A stretch of 63,614 bases of DNA, counting the filler, from Jimgerdemannia flammicorona (lineage: Eukaryota): NCBI GenBank assembly GCA_003990765.1. It is 3 parts of 3 records of this genome, joined end to end, with 100 filler letters (N's around TTAATTAATTAA, not from the genome) between each part and the next. Parts side by side here need not be neighbours in the genome. Positions count along the whole stretch, not along the records: positions 21,241 to 42,380 come from RBNJ01001520.1; positions 42,481 to 63,614 come from RBNJ01001521.1; 1 more part is not named here. One strand, written 5' to 3'. The position numbers and the translations under genes are program-made. Positions 39,601 through 52,700 of this stretch are shown here, one piece after another. Below the pieces are notes generated by a model. The model was not told the origin of the DNA and searched no databases. It was given only the letters and a program-made list of their open reading frames with translations. Position 1 is the first letter of the stretch, and every line of letters begins with the position of its first letter.

Positions 39601-42380
39601 TGGGGGTCCATTGGATGAGATTGAAAGAGGCTACAAAGGTCTATTGGGGAGAAGCTGGTTGAGAAGTGGGGAGACAGAGGAGGAAGTGCACAAGGTGTGC
39701 TTCCAGCAGACTGAGGAGATTGCAAATGGATTGGGCAGATTTGCTTTCTTCAGATGGGGTGGAGGATTGGAGGATAGAGCAGGCAAAATTGGAGATAGTG
39801 GAACTGTAACAGGTATTGAGAGAGGAGGAGGAGACCCATATGTGAGGCATGGCTGCTAGACTATGGTAGCAGGGACTTGAGGAGGGTGAGCAGCCTACTA
39901 GATACTTATCAAGACTCCTCAAAGCTAGGAGAGTGCGACATTGGTGGGATGGGGTCCTGGATGCCGATGGGGACATAGTACATAGAACACAATAAATCCT
40001 AGGGGTTCTGAAGGCAAGATGGCAGGGTTTGTAGAGTGAGGGAGAAGGGGGTGCTGATGAGGTGGTGATTGCAGATACACTAGAGGAGTGGGGGCCACCA
40101 CAAGTAGACAGACTGTGTGACTTGATCTTACCAGTGCAAGGAGAGGAGATCCAGAGTGTCCTGGCAGCAACTAAACTTGGAACAGCGCCAGGGGAGGATG
40201 GATTACCATGGGACTTCTGGAAGAAGATGGTGAAGGTCTCCGGAGTTTTGGGTGAGATGGCTGCTCTCTGTGACTACATTCTTCAGAGTGGCAAGTGAGT
40301 GGGAGAGCAGGACCTTGGGCTAGTGGCCTTATTGTACAAAGACAAGGGGAGGAGGGAAGACTGGAAGAACTGGAGACTGATCATGCTTCTGGATATGGAC
40401 AGGAAGATGGTGACTAAGATGATTGTCACAAGGCTGCAGAAAGTTGCCCAACAGGTGCTGGGAGAGGAGCAGCAGAGCTTTGTTGGGGGCAGACTTATAA
40501 GGGATGAGACTGCATGGGTGCATGGGGTCATTGAAGGGACTCGGGCTTGTGGACTGAATGGAAGGTTGGTCTTTTTGGACCAAGAGAAGGCTTATGACTG
40601 TGTATGGCAAGTTTGGCTGGGCTAGGTTTTGGATCAAATTGGTGTTCCCTCAAGATTTTGGGCTTTTATATTGAATCTGCTAGAGAGCAGTTGGGCAGTG
40701 CTGATGTGTAATGGTCACCATGGTCTGGCGTTTTCCTTGGGGAGAGGAGTACCTCAGGGGGACCCTCTGTCCCCTATCCTCTATGCCCTTTCATTAGAGC
40801 CATTGATGGATAGGATTCGCCGGAAGGTGGCAGGGCTCTCTATATATGGTATAGTGTGGAAGGTGGGGGCCTTTGCTGATGACATAGTGGTTGGACTTGG
40901 GTCTGTGGCAGATGTTGAGACACTTAGGGAGACAGTAGAATGATATGAGGCTCACTCTGGGGCGAAGCTCAACTGGCATAAGTGTGAGATGATAGTGCTG
41001 GGGAATAGACTAGTGGGTGGGGACATCATTGGAACAATTGTCCCTACTGGTGAGGTGGTGCAGTACCTGGGTATCTTTCTTTCTATATATGGTTCTGTCT
41101 TGCCACAAGTGTGGTGGGAGAGCAGGGTGACCATTTGGGGAGAGGCCCTTCAAGATTGGGGAGGCTGCCATATTTCTCTGGTAGGGCAGGTTTCAATTCT
41201 GAATGTATACTGGTTCCCCAAGCTGTGGTATGTGGCCTATCACCTAGACTTCCCAGCTTGGGTGGTGAAGAGGCTGACAAAGGTGGCTAGAGATTGGATT
41301 TGGGCAGAGAGAAGGTCCCAGATCAGTTGGGATACTCTTACAACACCAGTGGTCAGGGGAGGACTTGGCCTTGTGGATTTCCCTAAGCAGTTGTACTGCT
41401 TGTGAGCCTGGTGGTTGAAGAGAGCTGCTGAATTGCAGAGAGGAGGTTGGGTGTCTCTGTTGCAGAAGGTGTGGGAGATGAGAACCTCCCCTCAAGGGTC
41501 CTCTGGAGATCTGCTCTCTTTGATAGGGTTGAATGGAATTCGGTAGCTGTAGTTTAAGAGCTTTTGGTAGGGAGTGGTAGATGGAGCACACCGAATTGGC
41601 CTACACTGGCAAGGTAATGAGAGGGAGGTGATGTGGGGGCCTTGTATGTGGTGATGGGATAGACTGCTCCTGGGGGGTGCTTCTCTTACAATGTTTGATA
41701 TTGGGGATGGGGTGGAGTATCAGCAGGGTCTTGGCCAGGATCTTTGGCCAAGTGGCTGGCAGGCAGCAGGGATCGGTAAGGAGTGGGACTGGGCAGGTAT
41801 CTGGTCCTGGAGTACTGAGGTGTGGCAGTGGCTTCCTCCCAAGTTCTGGGTGGTATGGTGGAGAATGCTGTGGAGGAATGTCATGTTGAATTTCCATACT
41901 GGGCATCTAGTAGATGGTGGCCATTTTGATTGTGAGGAGTGTTATGATATTGAGCAAGCTGGGGATTATGTGCAGATGCCAGAACATTGGTTGGGAGAGT
42001 GTGAGGTTCTGGGGGAATTTTGGGTAGAAATAGGGAATAGACTGGGTATGGGGCATAGGCCAGTGAGGGAGGGGGGCCACTGGGAGGACTTGAGATCTCA
42101 GCTTATGGGTGGGGTGGGTGATAGTTGGCTTACTGTAGGGTAGGTATTAGCAGTATGGGTGGGACTGGCAGGACATTGGCTTTTTGTATTTAAGGAGGGG
42201 TGATATTTGGGGCTGCAGGAAAAGATATCAAGGTGGGAGGAGTTGTTGGGAGATCTGCTAACTGGATGGTGGGTGGGTTGGAGTCCTCAGGGAGGGCGAA
42301 GGCACAGTTTAGTGGTAAGGATCTATGAGCAGAGTGGTGAGAGGGTGGAGATTGTGTTAAACAAAGTAGTCTTTCATCAG
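36622..42380 (+). mobile_element. L1-clade LINE family A, copy 2, near full length: ORF1 ~36706-38730, ORF2 ~38763 to gap (APE, RT, Cys-rich domain); multiple stops
   Basis: APE: SLNVNGLR, DFN, TRIDW, WSDH. RT: APGEDGL, LDQEKAYD, GVPQGDPLSP, AFADD, YLGI. C-terminal CEEC..EHWLGEC. Confidence 0.92.
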
Positions 42381-42480
42381 NNNNNNNNNNNNNNNNNNNN
42401 NNNNNNNNNNNNNNNNNNNNNNNNTTAATTAATTAANNNNNNNNNNNNNNNNNNNNNNNNNNNNNNNNNNNNNNNNNNNN
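42381..42480. other. Assembly gap with synthetic linker
   Basis: 44 N + TTAATTAATTAA + 44 N. Confidence 0.97.
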
Positions 42481-42520
42481 AAAATGTATGCAAAAAAAAA
42501 AAAAAAAAAAAAGATCTATA

Positions 42521-42746
42521 TATTGAGAAGAGTCAAAATAGTACCAATAGACAATTTAACTTAAAATAGTTATATTAATGTCTATAATTATCTAAATATA
42601 ATAAAACATATACTATTCAAAAGTTTAAAGGCTATTTTATTAATGTTTAAAATTTTGGTTAAATAGAATTTAGATTAGAGATATGTATAATATAATTAAA
42701 ATATTAATAATAACCAAACATTGGTACACTTTTGACTGTTACCATA
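42521..42746. mobile_element. Possible Tc1/mariner-type MITE (~225 bp, AT-rich)
   Basis: agtcaaaatagtaccaat (42531-42548) vs attggtacacttttgact (42720-42737): 16/18 inverted match; TA dinucleotides on both flanks. Confidence 0.4.
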
Positions 42747-42803
42747 TATCTGAAGATTTGCCACCCAAGTTCAAGGAAGAACTTTGCCACTTTTGAGTAA
42801 TCC

Positions 42804-43197
42804 TGTAACATTTTAGTATAGTTTATTTCTTTTCTTTATCTTTTCTCAATATTCTACAACCTTCCAGTACTTTCCAAACACTTAGAAATTCTTTCTTAGT
42901 ACTGAACATCCACTAGTACTTATTTAGCTAGTCACTGAATGTTCTGGAAACTTGTAGAACTTTATTTGTCATCTTTACTGAGAACTTCTCTCTTGGCATT
43001 TTCCTTTGATTTCTCAGATCCTTCCAGATCCTTCTTTCAGATCTTGTATAAATATTCCCTTTGTTCTTATGAATAAATACTCAGAATATTTTCTTCCAGA
43101 AATCCTTTAAGAATACTTGAATTCTTAAGTATTTCTTCAAGCTACTTAGAACCACCAGAACTAGTTGCTTTCTCATTTAGAAACTAGAACTATTACA
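42804..43197 (+). mobile_element. Solo LTR (394 bp) related to the chromovirus LTRs at 49765 and 55416
   Basis: TGTAACA...TATTACA; 5-bp TSD aatcc/aatct; end aactagaactattaca is the reverse complement of those LTR termini. Confidence 0.85.
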
Positions 43198-43849
43198 AAT
43201 CTACTGCTTAAGAAATAAGCTGCCATTTCCAAGTTATCTGTATTCCTAGAGAATCTGATCCTTATCACTAAGCCAGTCTATCTGATGCAACTTTACAGTA
43301 GAGCTAGTCTATAACATAATTTCACACAAATGAAGTTAGTCTTTGATATAACTTACCAAGAATCTGTAACATCCAAGTTATCTGAGCTATCTGCACCATC
43401 TGAGTTATTAGTTTATTCCTAGTGAGTCTGAGTTATTGAGTTATTTGCTGTAAGTATTATTCTCAAATCATCAATTCAGGAAGAATCCATATCACTCTCT
43501 ATTCCTAGTGAATCCATATCTAAATCAAGTTATCTATTAGATTATACCATCATATCAGAAATTACATATTTTTGGAGATTGTTATACTATATAGAGATTA
43601 TCACATAGAGATCATTGCTACTCAAGAAGGAAACCACTCACACTATACATGAAATTCTACTAATTCCCAGTTGACCTAAGTAGGAAACTCATTTATATAC
43701 AAATCGCCACTATATCCAGAGAACCATCCCAATTAGAAAATTGACACACAAATTGCCCACAGATATTCAGCTTTGACTATTATACTACTAAATATCAAGA
43801 ATATTTTATTACTTTTTGACAAAGTAACTAGGGGCTTAAGCCAAACTAC

Positions 43850-45057
43850 ACTAACCCCCAATCTTGTAATTTGCCTCTATTGAGCCAAGCATATTATAAT
43901 ATGCTTATATTTCTTGTATATTTTATTCTCTTTTTTATATATAAGTATTATGATATTCTAGACTAAGTTGAGTCAGAAGGTTGTATGATTCAACATCAAT
44001 TTAGCTATCTTATATACTAGATATGAATTGATAACTGCCACATCTAACAACTAAAAGAAGAGTAGCATTTAATTCTGACAAGCTGTAATTTGCATATGAT
44101 AGTGCTCTCAATATTGATCAATAATATCAATACCTCTCATATGATAATTGTAATCATTGATGATCTTGAGAATTGCTATGTTGGCTTGAGATTTATCTTC
44201 TCAGATTTTTTAAACTTAAGGCTTATTGATATTGATAGATCTTAGATAATAATATTTACATTCTACTTCTCATCTAGCTTTAATTTTATAAATAGTAGCT
44301 AGTATAGTAATAATGCTATTATCAATCCACAGTAGTGTGAGAATATTGTTGACAATAATACCTGATGTAGTATTTCAATTAAGCATTAAAACAGTCTGTT
44401 TATCAACCTTGAGTTGTATTGGGAATTTTTTTGAATCTGTCCTAACTATTTCACATATGCTGATTACTTTGGATTAAAGATATTTAAATAGCTGAATACT
44501 AGAGAAGTAATTGTCTATATATATGTTGAATGCTTGAGCTTTCTATAGTAATTACTTAGTAAGATAAATTATACCACATATAGTTTCACTGAGTTTGTAT
44601 TTACCTTTACTGACTTTTTTTATCTCTCTGTTATCAGAAGTATGAAAAAGTAGAAGAAATGACCAAGTATAGCTAAAATCACCAAGGTGAGGATTTTGAA
44701 CTCTTTTTTAATTAGCTTTCCTTTTATATAAAAGATATGTATACTCTTTCTTAAGAAAATTATCATTATTTCATCAATAGATATATTTGACTTTAGTTGG
44801 TATATCTTTTGAGAGATTGCCTGAATGTATAACAATAATGGCTCAACTTTTGAGTAATAGTATATCTTTTTCATTAATATCTTTTTCACTGATATCTTTT
44901 TCACTAATACTAGATAGAAAAAAGTGAAGGTATCATCTGATTTATTAAAAGTAGATTAACATCATATACTTCAGCATTTAGTAGATTGGTCTTCAACTAT
45001 CTCTACTCTACTAACTTTCTATATCTCTATAGTAGAAAAGACTAAGATAAATAGCAG
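43850..45057 (-). mobile_element. piggyBac-type transposase pseudogene, catalytic/C-terminal part
   Basis: KVEPLL..ISIDEIMIIF..H..IKGK, IYMDNYFSS, WIDN, DYNYHMRGIDIIDQ, LLDVAVINSY. Termini not located. Confidence 0.85.
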
Positions 45058-48000
45058 TAGAGAAGGAGGGCCCAGCAGGAGCCAGGGGAGTGAATCTAGA
45101 AACAGTATCAAAGTGAATAGATGATATATAGAAGAGTATGTATAAGGGGGATGAATAAAGAATATAATCAAAAATATATCAGTTGTTTATTACTATGTAA
45201 AAACACAGTCCTTATATATAAAATACAATATCCCAAAAGGGAGAACATGCCACAACTCAGAGTGAACTAAATTAGAAATCACATGACTGCCAGAGATAAG
45301 TAGAGATAAAGGGGAAGCCAATCTCAGTTATAGAATAAAAATCACAAACAAATACAAACAAACAAATCCAAATCCAAATTGAGATTAAAAAACATCCTTG
45401 CCCCCTCTGGGGTCTTGTGCTCACTTTGGAGTCTTGGCCTTACTCTACTCCTCTCCACTGCCTTCAGTTCCTTGCTTTACTTAGGCTCACTGTGGCTTGC
45501 TCCATTTTGACCTCACCCCTCACTCACACTCACCTCTCTGGGGTCTGTGGATGTTTTTTAATCTTGATTTGGATTTGTTTTGTTTGTGTTTGTTTGTAAT
45601 TTTTATCCTACAACTGAGATTGACTCCCCCTTTATCTCCACTTATCTCTGGCAGTTATATGGTTCCTAATTTGGTTTGCTCTGAGTTGTGGCACATTCTC
45701 TCTTTTGGGACATCATATTTTGTATATAAGGACTATGTTTTTATATAGTAATAAATAGCTAATGCATTTTCAGTTATGTTCTTTATTTGTCCCCCTTATA
45801 TATACTCTTTTACATGTCTTCTATTTGCTTTAATACTGGTTCTGAGTTTGCTCCTCTGGCTCCTACTGGACTCTCCTCCTCTACTGTTATACTGTCTGCC
45901 CTCAGGGCCTCTGTCTCCATTGACAAGATTATGGATAAGGTTCTTCCTCCTCTCTCTCCCCCACTTTCATCTCTACTACTGTCTTATTTAAGACCTATAT
46001 CTTATCTGCTATTCTTTCCCTCCCTCTAGACCTTCATCCCTCTGGTCATCTACTCCTTTCTCAGTTCTGGTCAGTCCTTGCCCTCTCTGTCAAGGAGGCT
46101 TGTCTCCATCATAACATCAATGTCATCACTCTACCCACTATCCACCACTCCATTCTCTCTGAGGCCCACTACCAAGTCCTCTCTAAAGAGGTTCATGCTA
46201 CCATCACTGCCACTAAGCTTGCTACTACTGATGCTGCTACCACTACTACTACTACTGCTTCCACCTCCTTCCACCATACCTGTACCTCTTTTGTGGTCCT
46301 TGCCTCCTCTCACTTTGTGGATACTACCCCTTTTTGTAACTTTACCATCTAAGATGTTCTCTCTGCTGCTATTGACATTAACACTGTTTGTTGCTTCCTC
46401 CTTGCTGGTACCTCTTTTGTCACTCATCTTTATGAGTAAGAAATGTCACATGCTGCTGCTGCTGCTCATACCACCACCACTGCTCCTCTGCCCACCTCTC
46501 TCAAGGTTTTGGTCTCTGAGGCCACCCATGTCAAGGCTTGTACCACTGCTTGTGCTGAGGTTTGTTTTTTTGCTATTGCTACCACCAAGGCCCCCACCAA
46601 GGCCTACACTAAGCCCAACAAGACTTTGTCAATCTCTTCTTAGTTCTCTTCTCCCACTAAGACCTTCTCCTCCATTCTTCCTGCCCTCAAGCATGGCTAC
46701 CAACTTAGTTCTTGCCCCATTGGGGCCTGGCCCTATGCTGTCTGCTCCAGTCACCTCCACCATGCTTACTGGCACCTGGCCAAGTCCATCTGCCTCCATA
46801 GTAGTGTCCCTCATACTGCTGCTCCTTTGGCTGCTCACTTACCTTCTGCCTCCTCCACCAGCTTCTCCTCCACCTCCTCTACTTATGCCCCTGAATGTAA
46901 GAGCTATATAAAAGCCTATGGCTGCAAGGTCTGTAACTCTAATAGAGTGTGCTCCTGCTCATTGGGCTTGCTGCCTTCAAAAAAAGTCAGAGGGAAGGGG
47001 AAGGCCTCCTGCTCTTAAACTTCTCTCTAGTATAGTTCTCTCCTGGTGTCCTTATTCTTTCTCAGATTCCATCATCACTTCTGGTATACCCTGAGTGGTT
47101 TCTCATACTGTCCCCCCTTTACTGTTCCCAGTTGCTTGTCTCAAACTTTCAGATTTATTCTTCTCTTAGAACACTTTTATCTCCTTCTTTTTCTTTAGCT
47201 GACTGCCCCCTTTCTCCCCTTTAAGTCTTTGCCTTATTTTTGGATCCTCACTTCATTTTTCTTATGACTCTCTCACAATTATCCTTCACTGACCTGGCTT
47301 ATCTTACACACTTTCATCATACTCTTGACCTTGCCATCTTCTTTGAGAATCATGGTAAGATGCCCTCTTACTACTATGTTCCTAGCAATTGGGTCTCCTC
47401 TCTCAATGTCTCTTCACACTGTATATTTCTTGACATGGCTTGCTCACTGTCCATTCCTGGATATACTCACTCTTGCTTAGTTTCAGACCATACCATGCAT
47501 ACTGCACTTAAATCAGTCAAGCAATTGCCTTTACACTTGCTTATAGTCACTGATAAGAATCAGGGTTTTACACTTATTCCTAAGTCACTCTACCTTGATG
47601 GCCTTTTTGCCCTCCTTCAAGCCATGGCTTATAAGTCTAGTACTCTTGAATTAGATGAGATTCTCACTCTTCTTTGGATTTCTCTGGCTCATATCAGATT
47701 ACTTTTAGATTCTCCTTTTGTGAACTCTATTTTTAACTTCTTCTAGGACTCTTTGTCCTTACTAGACATTTGTCTTCCAGTTTTTTATACTTTTCTTAAA
47801 GTCCACAAGCCTACTTTGGCTTAGTATCCCATTATGGCTGCTTATAGCTCACTCTCTACTAAGATTTTGAAGTAGTTATCCCACTTCTTTCTCTTTTGGA
47901 TAGCTCTTCTTCAATACTATATTGGGTCTGAGTATACAATTCTTTATAATACTCAGGAGCTCATCCTTCTCTGCTCCACCATTATGTCTATTTACTATTT

Positions 48001-49764
48001 TTCTCTTTTTTTTTTTTTTTTTATAACCTCTTAGACTCTTTTCTTTATTAATACAGCCATCTATTCTCTATATAATACACTAAGCCCACCCTATCTAATC
48101 CCCCTAGAGGGGCTCTCCACCCCTACTCTCTCTTGATTAAAGACTACTAGATCATTAATCACCTCCACCTGCCCACCACTCTATCTATAAATCTCTTCTA
48201 TCAAATGGTATCAATGCTCACCCTGGAGACTCCATCCAATCCACCACCCTATCAGTATATCTCCCATCAACCCCTCCCATCTTAATAATCTCTCCTACAA
48301 ATCCAGCTATCATCTTTTCTCAAAAATAAAGAGCCAATGTCTAGCTAGCTCTACTCATATAGCTAAAATCCACCCTACAGTGAGTCATTTATTGCCCACT
48401 CCACCCATCAACCTAGTTCTCAAATCTTCCCAGTGACCTCTCTCTCCATCAGATCTCCTCTTCACACCCAGCTAGTCCCCTACTACTATCCAAAAGTCCC
48501 TCAGAACCTCATACTCTCTCAGCCAATATTCTGGTATCTGCACAAATCTCTCAACTTGTCCTACATTATAGTATACTTCACATTCCAGTAGGCCACCATC
48601 CACCAGATGTCCAGCATGGAAATTCAATATGATATTTCTCTGTAGTATCTATCACTATACTATCCAGTACTTGGGAAGAAGTCATCTCTGTACCTCAGCA
48701 CTCTATACCCAGACTCCTGCTCAATCTCACTCCTTACCAATCCTCACTGCTTGCCAACTGCTAGGCCAAATATTCTGATCAAGTCCCCTCTGACACTTTA
48801 CTCTATTACCAATATCAAACTCAATAAGAGGAGTACTCTCCAGAAGCAGTTTGTCTCATCTCTATATAGCTAGTCCCTACAGTATTACTCCTTCATTACT
48901 ATATCAGTATAAGTCTATATAGTGTACTCTATCTGCTATCTCCCACCAGAAGCCTTTATACTGTAGCCAATGGCTTCTACCCAGGTTCACCAAGGAGAGC
49001 AAATCCCCTGAGGACCCTCTTGGAGAGAATCTCATCTCTCATACCTTCTGCATCAATAGCACCCATCTCCCTCTCCTCAGTTCCACAGTCTGCTTCAACC
49101 ACCAAGCTCTCAGATAGTGTAGTCTCTTAGGAAAGTCCACCAGCCCTAGCTTCTCTTAAACTACCAGCATTGAAATGATATCCTAACTGATCTGGAACCA
49201 CCTCTCAGCCCAAATCTAATCCCTAGCCAGCTTTATCAGTCTCTTTACCACCCAAGCTGAGAATTTCAAGTGATATGTAATATATCACAGCTTAGGGAAT
49301 CAGTAGATATTCAGAATTGTTACTCAGCCTACCAGAGAGATATGGCAGCCTCCTCAGCCTCAAAGTACCTCCCCCCAGATGGCCACCCTTCTCTCCCACC
49401 ATATCTGCAGTAAGACTGATCCATATACTAAAAGAAAAATACCCAGATATCTCATTACCTCTCCTGCTAAAACAATTGTTCCAATAATATCTCCTCCCAC
49501 TAATCCATTTCTCAGCACTATTGTCTCATATTTATACTAGTTGAGTTTTGCTCCAGAGTATACTATATACTATTTTACTATCTTCTTGAGAGTCTCAATA
49601 TCTGCTACTGATCTAAGTCTAACCACTATGTCATCTGCAAAAGCCCCCACCTTCTACACAATACTATAAATAGCAAGCTCTGCTACCTTCTGCTGAATTC
49701 TATCTATCAAAGATTCCAATGAAAGGACATATAGGTGGATCTCCCTGAGGAACTCCTCTCTCCA

Positions 49765-52700
49765 TGTAATAGTTCTAGTTTTTTTAAGAGAAAGCAGCTT
49801 AATCTGGAAGTTCTAGTTGGCCTAAAGTAGCTTGAAGAGATACTTAAAGGTTTAAGTGTTCTTGAAGGATTTCTGAGAGAAAATATTCTGAGCTTTATTC
49901 AGGTAGAGAATAAGGATATTTATATATAATCTAAAAGAAAGATCTGGAAGGATCTTGGAAAGAAAGAGAAATGCTAAAAAATAGATTCTTGGCAAAGCTG
50001 ACTAATACTATTCTACAATATTCTGAAAGGTTCTATGACTAGCTAAGACAAGATACTTGGTATCAAGGAAAGACAAGAATGTTCTAGTAGTATCTGGGTA
50101 TCGAGAGAAGGTTTTTAAGTAAGTAGAAGGTGGTAGAACATAGTAGAATGTTCAAGAAATGACAAGAAAAGACTAACTAAAAGATGCGAAAATGTACTAA
50201 GACTAAATATAACTGTGAAATTGTTATATCTCTCTCTTCTTAAGAACCAAAATTCTTATTGAGTTCTTAGGTAACATAAGACTAGATATACTTAACCAAA
50301 ATTTCTCAAACTTGTATCAGTGCATTGGTGGGGATTGACCATCCTTGTATAGAGCAGAGGGCCTATTATCAGACTAACTAATTGGGAGGGATTTGAACTC
50401 AGCTAGTAGCTTTATTTTAGTAGACTTCTTGTTTATTAAATGTTCTGTTAGTTCTGGGGTCCCAAAGTAAACTTCTGATATATAAGGTACTAGTCATTGC
50501 TATAGATTATCAATAATCCAAAGAAGTCACTATAGAGATTAGGCAATACATTTTGCCTTGAAGTCTTGAACTAGATCTTAAGAGTTCTTGAGGTTGACCA
50601 GTGGTTCCCAGATAGTATCATATTCAGGGTAACCTATCCACTTGACTAGGTATTCAGGATAGCAGTAGTGGATTCATTTGTTAAGAATTTTCTCTACTTT
50701 ATACTTGATATGGTCTTCAATAATTACAGGGGCAGAAGACTTAGAAATTCAACCAGAGTAGGGCAGTGACTAGTTCTAGGTCTTGAGGTGTGATACATGA
50801 AAGACTAGGTATACTCTCATGGTTTCAGGTAGCTTGAGACAGTAGGAGGATGCAGAGACTTATTCAGTGATCTCAAAAGGTCTAATATACTTAGGTTAGA
50901 ACTTGTTTGAAGGGTAGTTGACTTGAGATTATATCTTGAGGTTCTCAGAAGACAGTAGGACTTGATTTTCAACAGTATAAGTAATATCACAGTATTTCTT
51001 ATCTGCATACTTGGCTTGATACTATTGAGTCTTCTGAAGATTCACAGTGGCAATATTGAGTAGTTTGTCCATTTTGTCTATAAAGTTCTTAGTGGTTGGA
51101 ACTTGTATTTGACTGGTTTTCTTAAAAGAGAATAGACTTGCAGAGGTCTTGGAATCTTGACTATAGAGTAACTGGAAAGGGGAAAGACTAATAGATGATT
51201 GGATGGTATTATTGTATACAAACTCCACATAAGTTAGATAGTGGTCTTAATTATCTTGCTCATAAGAAATATAGTTTCTAAGCATTTGTTCTAAAGTTCT
51301 ATTCATGTGCTTGGTTTTTCCATCAGTTTGTAGGTGAAAGGCAGTAGATATAGCCAATTGGGTTCCAAGGGTCTTGAAGAGAGTTTTCCAGAAGTGACTG
51401 GTGAACTTGGGGTCACAATTACTGATAATTACTCATAGTAGGTTATAGTGAAGGAAGATGGACTTGAAGAAGATTCTTACAATCTCAGGTGCAGTAACAT
51501 TGATAGTAGTTAGTTCAGTAACCATAGTCTTAGTCAGATGGTCAATAAATATGATAATAGCATCAGTACTAGATTGAGTTTGTAGTAGTTGGGTTATAAA
51601 GTCCATGGTAACTTGCTTGAATTTCTTGGTGAGAATTGGCAGTAATTATAGCAAACTAGCTGATGCTTGGTTGATAGACTTGTTGTGCTGACATATATTA
51701 CAGCTGGCAATATAGTTCTTGATTTCCTTGACCATACTTGGCCAATAGTAGTAGTATTGAATATTCTTGACAGTCTTCTCAATTCCCAGGTAACTGACAA
51801 GAGGAGAGTCATAGTGTTCTTATAAAACCTTGTAGTATAGATTTATGTTTTCAGATAGGTAGACTTGATCTTGATGATAGATCAGGTTGTTCTTGACAGT
51901 ATATGTATCCTTGAGCTCATTCGAGAAAACTCTAGTGGTAACTGTATCTTCTTTGTAAGCTTGTCTGATTTGGTCTAGGAATTCTGATACCAAGGTGATC
52001 TGTATGATTGTGGCAAGGTCTGGGTATCTTGATAAGGCATCTGGTACTACAAATATCTTGCCAGGCTTGTAGATGATCATTGAGTTGAAGGTTTGAAGCT
52101 TAAGGCTCTACTTGACTTATAGATGTGACAGGGTAGATTGGGTGTTGATGTATTTGAGAGATTGATGATCAGTGATAACATCAAACTCAATACCTTCTAG
52201 ATAACATCACCAGTGATCTAGTGTATGTATTATTGCCAGTAGTTCCTTCTTATGAGTGGCTAGCTTTTGTTTAGCTAGAGCCAACTTGTGGGACTCAAAA
52301 GCAATAGAATGATGTTTTTTGCCATTATCTCTTATAACAGGACTGCTCTAATGATAAAATTTGACACATTAGTGGTGACCATGAATTTTAAGCCTTGATC
52401 TGCATTATGCAGGACTGGAGTATAGGTCAGGCAGTTCTTGAGTTCTTAAAAGGCTTGTTGACAGAAGAGGTCTCAGATGTAGGGTACATAGTAGTCTAAG
52501 TGCAGGGCCTTCCTCATAAGGTTAGTCAGTGGCTTGGCAATACCAGAGAAGTTTCTGACAAAGCAGCAGTAGTAGCTAGCTAGACCAAGGAAGGATTAGA
52601 GTTCTGTAAAGTTTGACAGAATGGGTCATTCTTCAATTACCTTTATCTTATATAGGTCTACTTGAATTCCTTGTATAGAGACAATATAGCCAAGATATTT

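Noticed and set aside
42492..42512. Poly(A) after the second gap as the tail of L1 copy 2
   Set aside because: Preceding bases do not match the family 3' end and no TSD matches the 5' flank at ~36610.
45383..45883. Hammerhead ribozyme expected in PLE pLTRs
   Set aside because: No CUGANGA..GAAA core found on either strand of the three copies; decay could hide it, so a covariance search on a consensus is needed.
49771..49818. Tiny poly(A) insertion with agttctagtt TSD in the 3' LTR
   Set aside because: The related solo LTR (43150-43197) contains the homologous segment, so this is a ~38-bp deletion between direct repeats in the 5' LTR.
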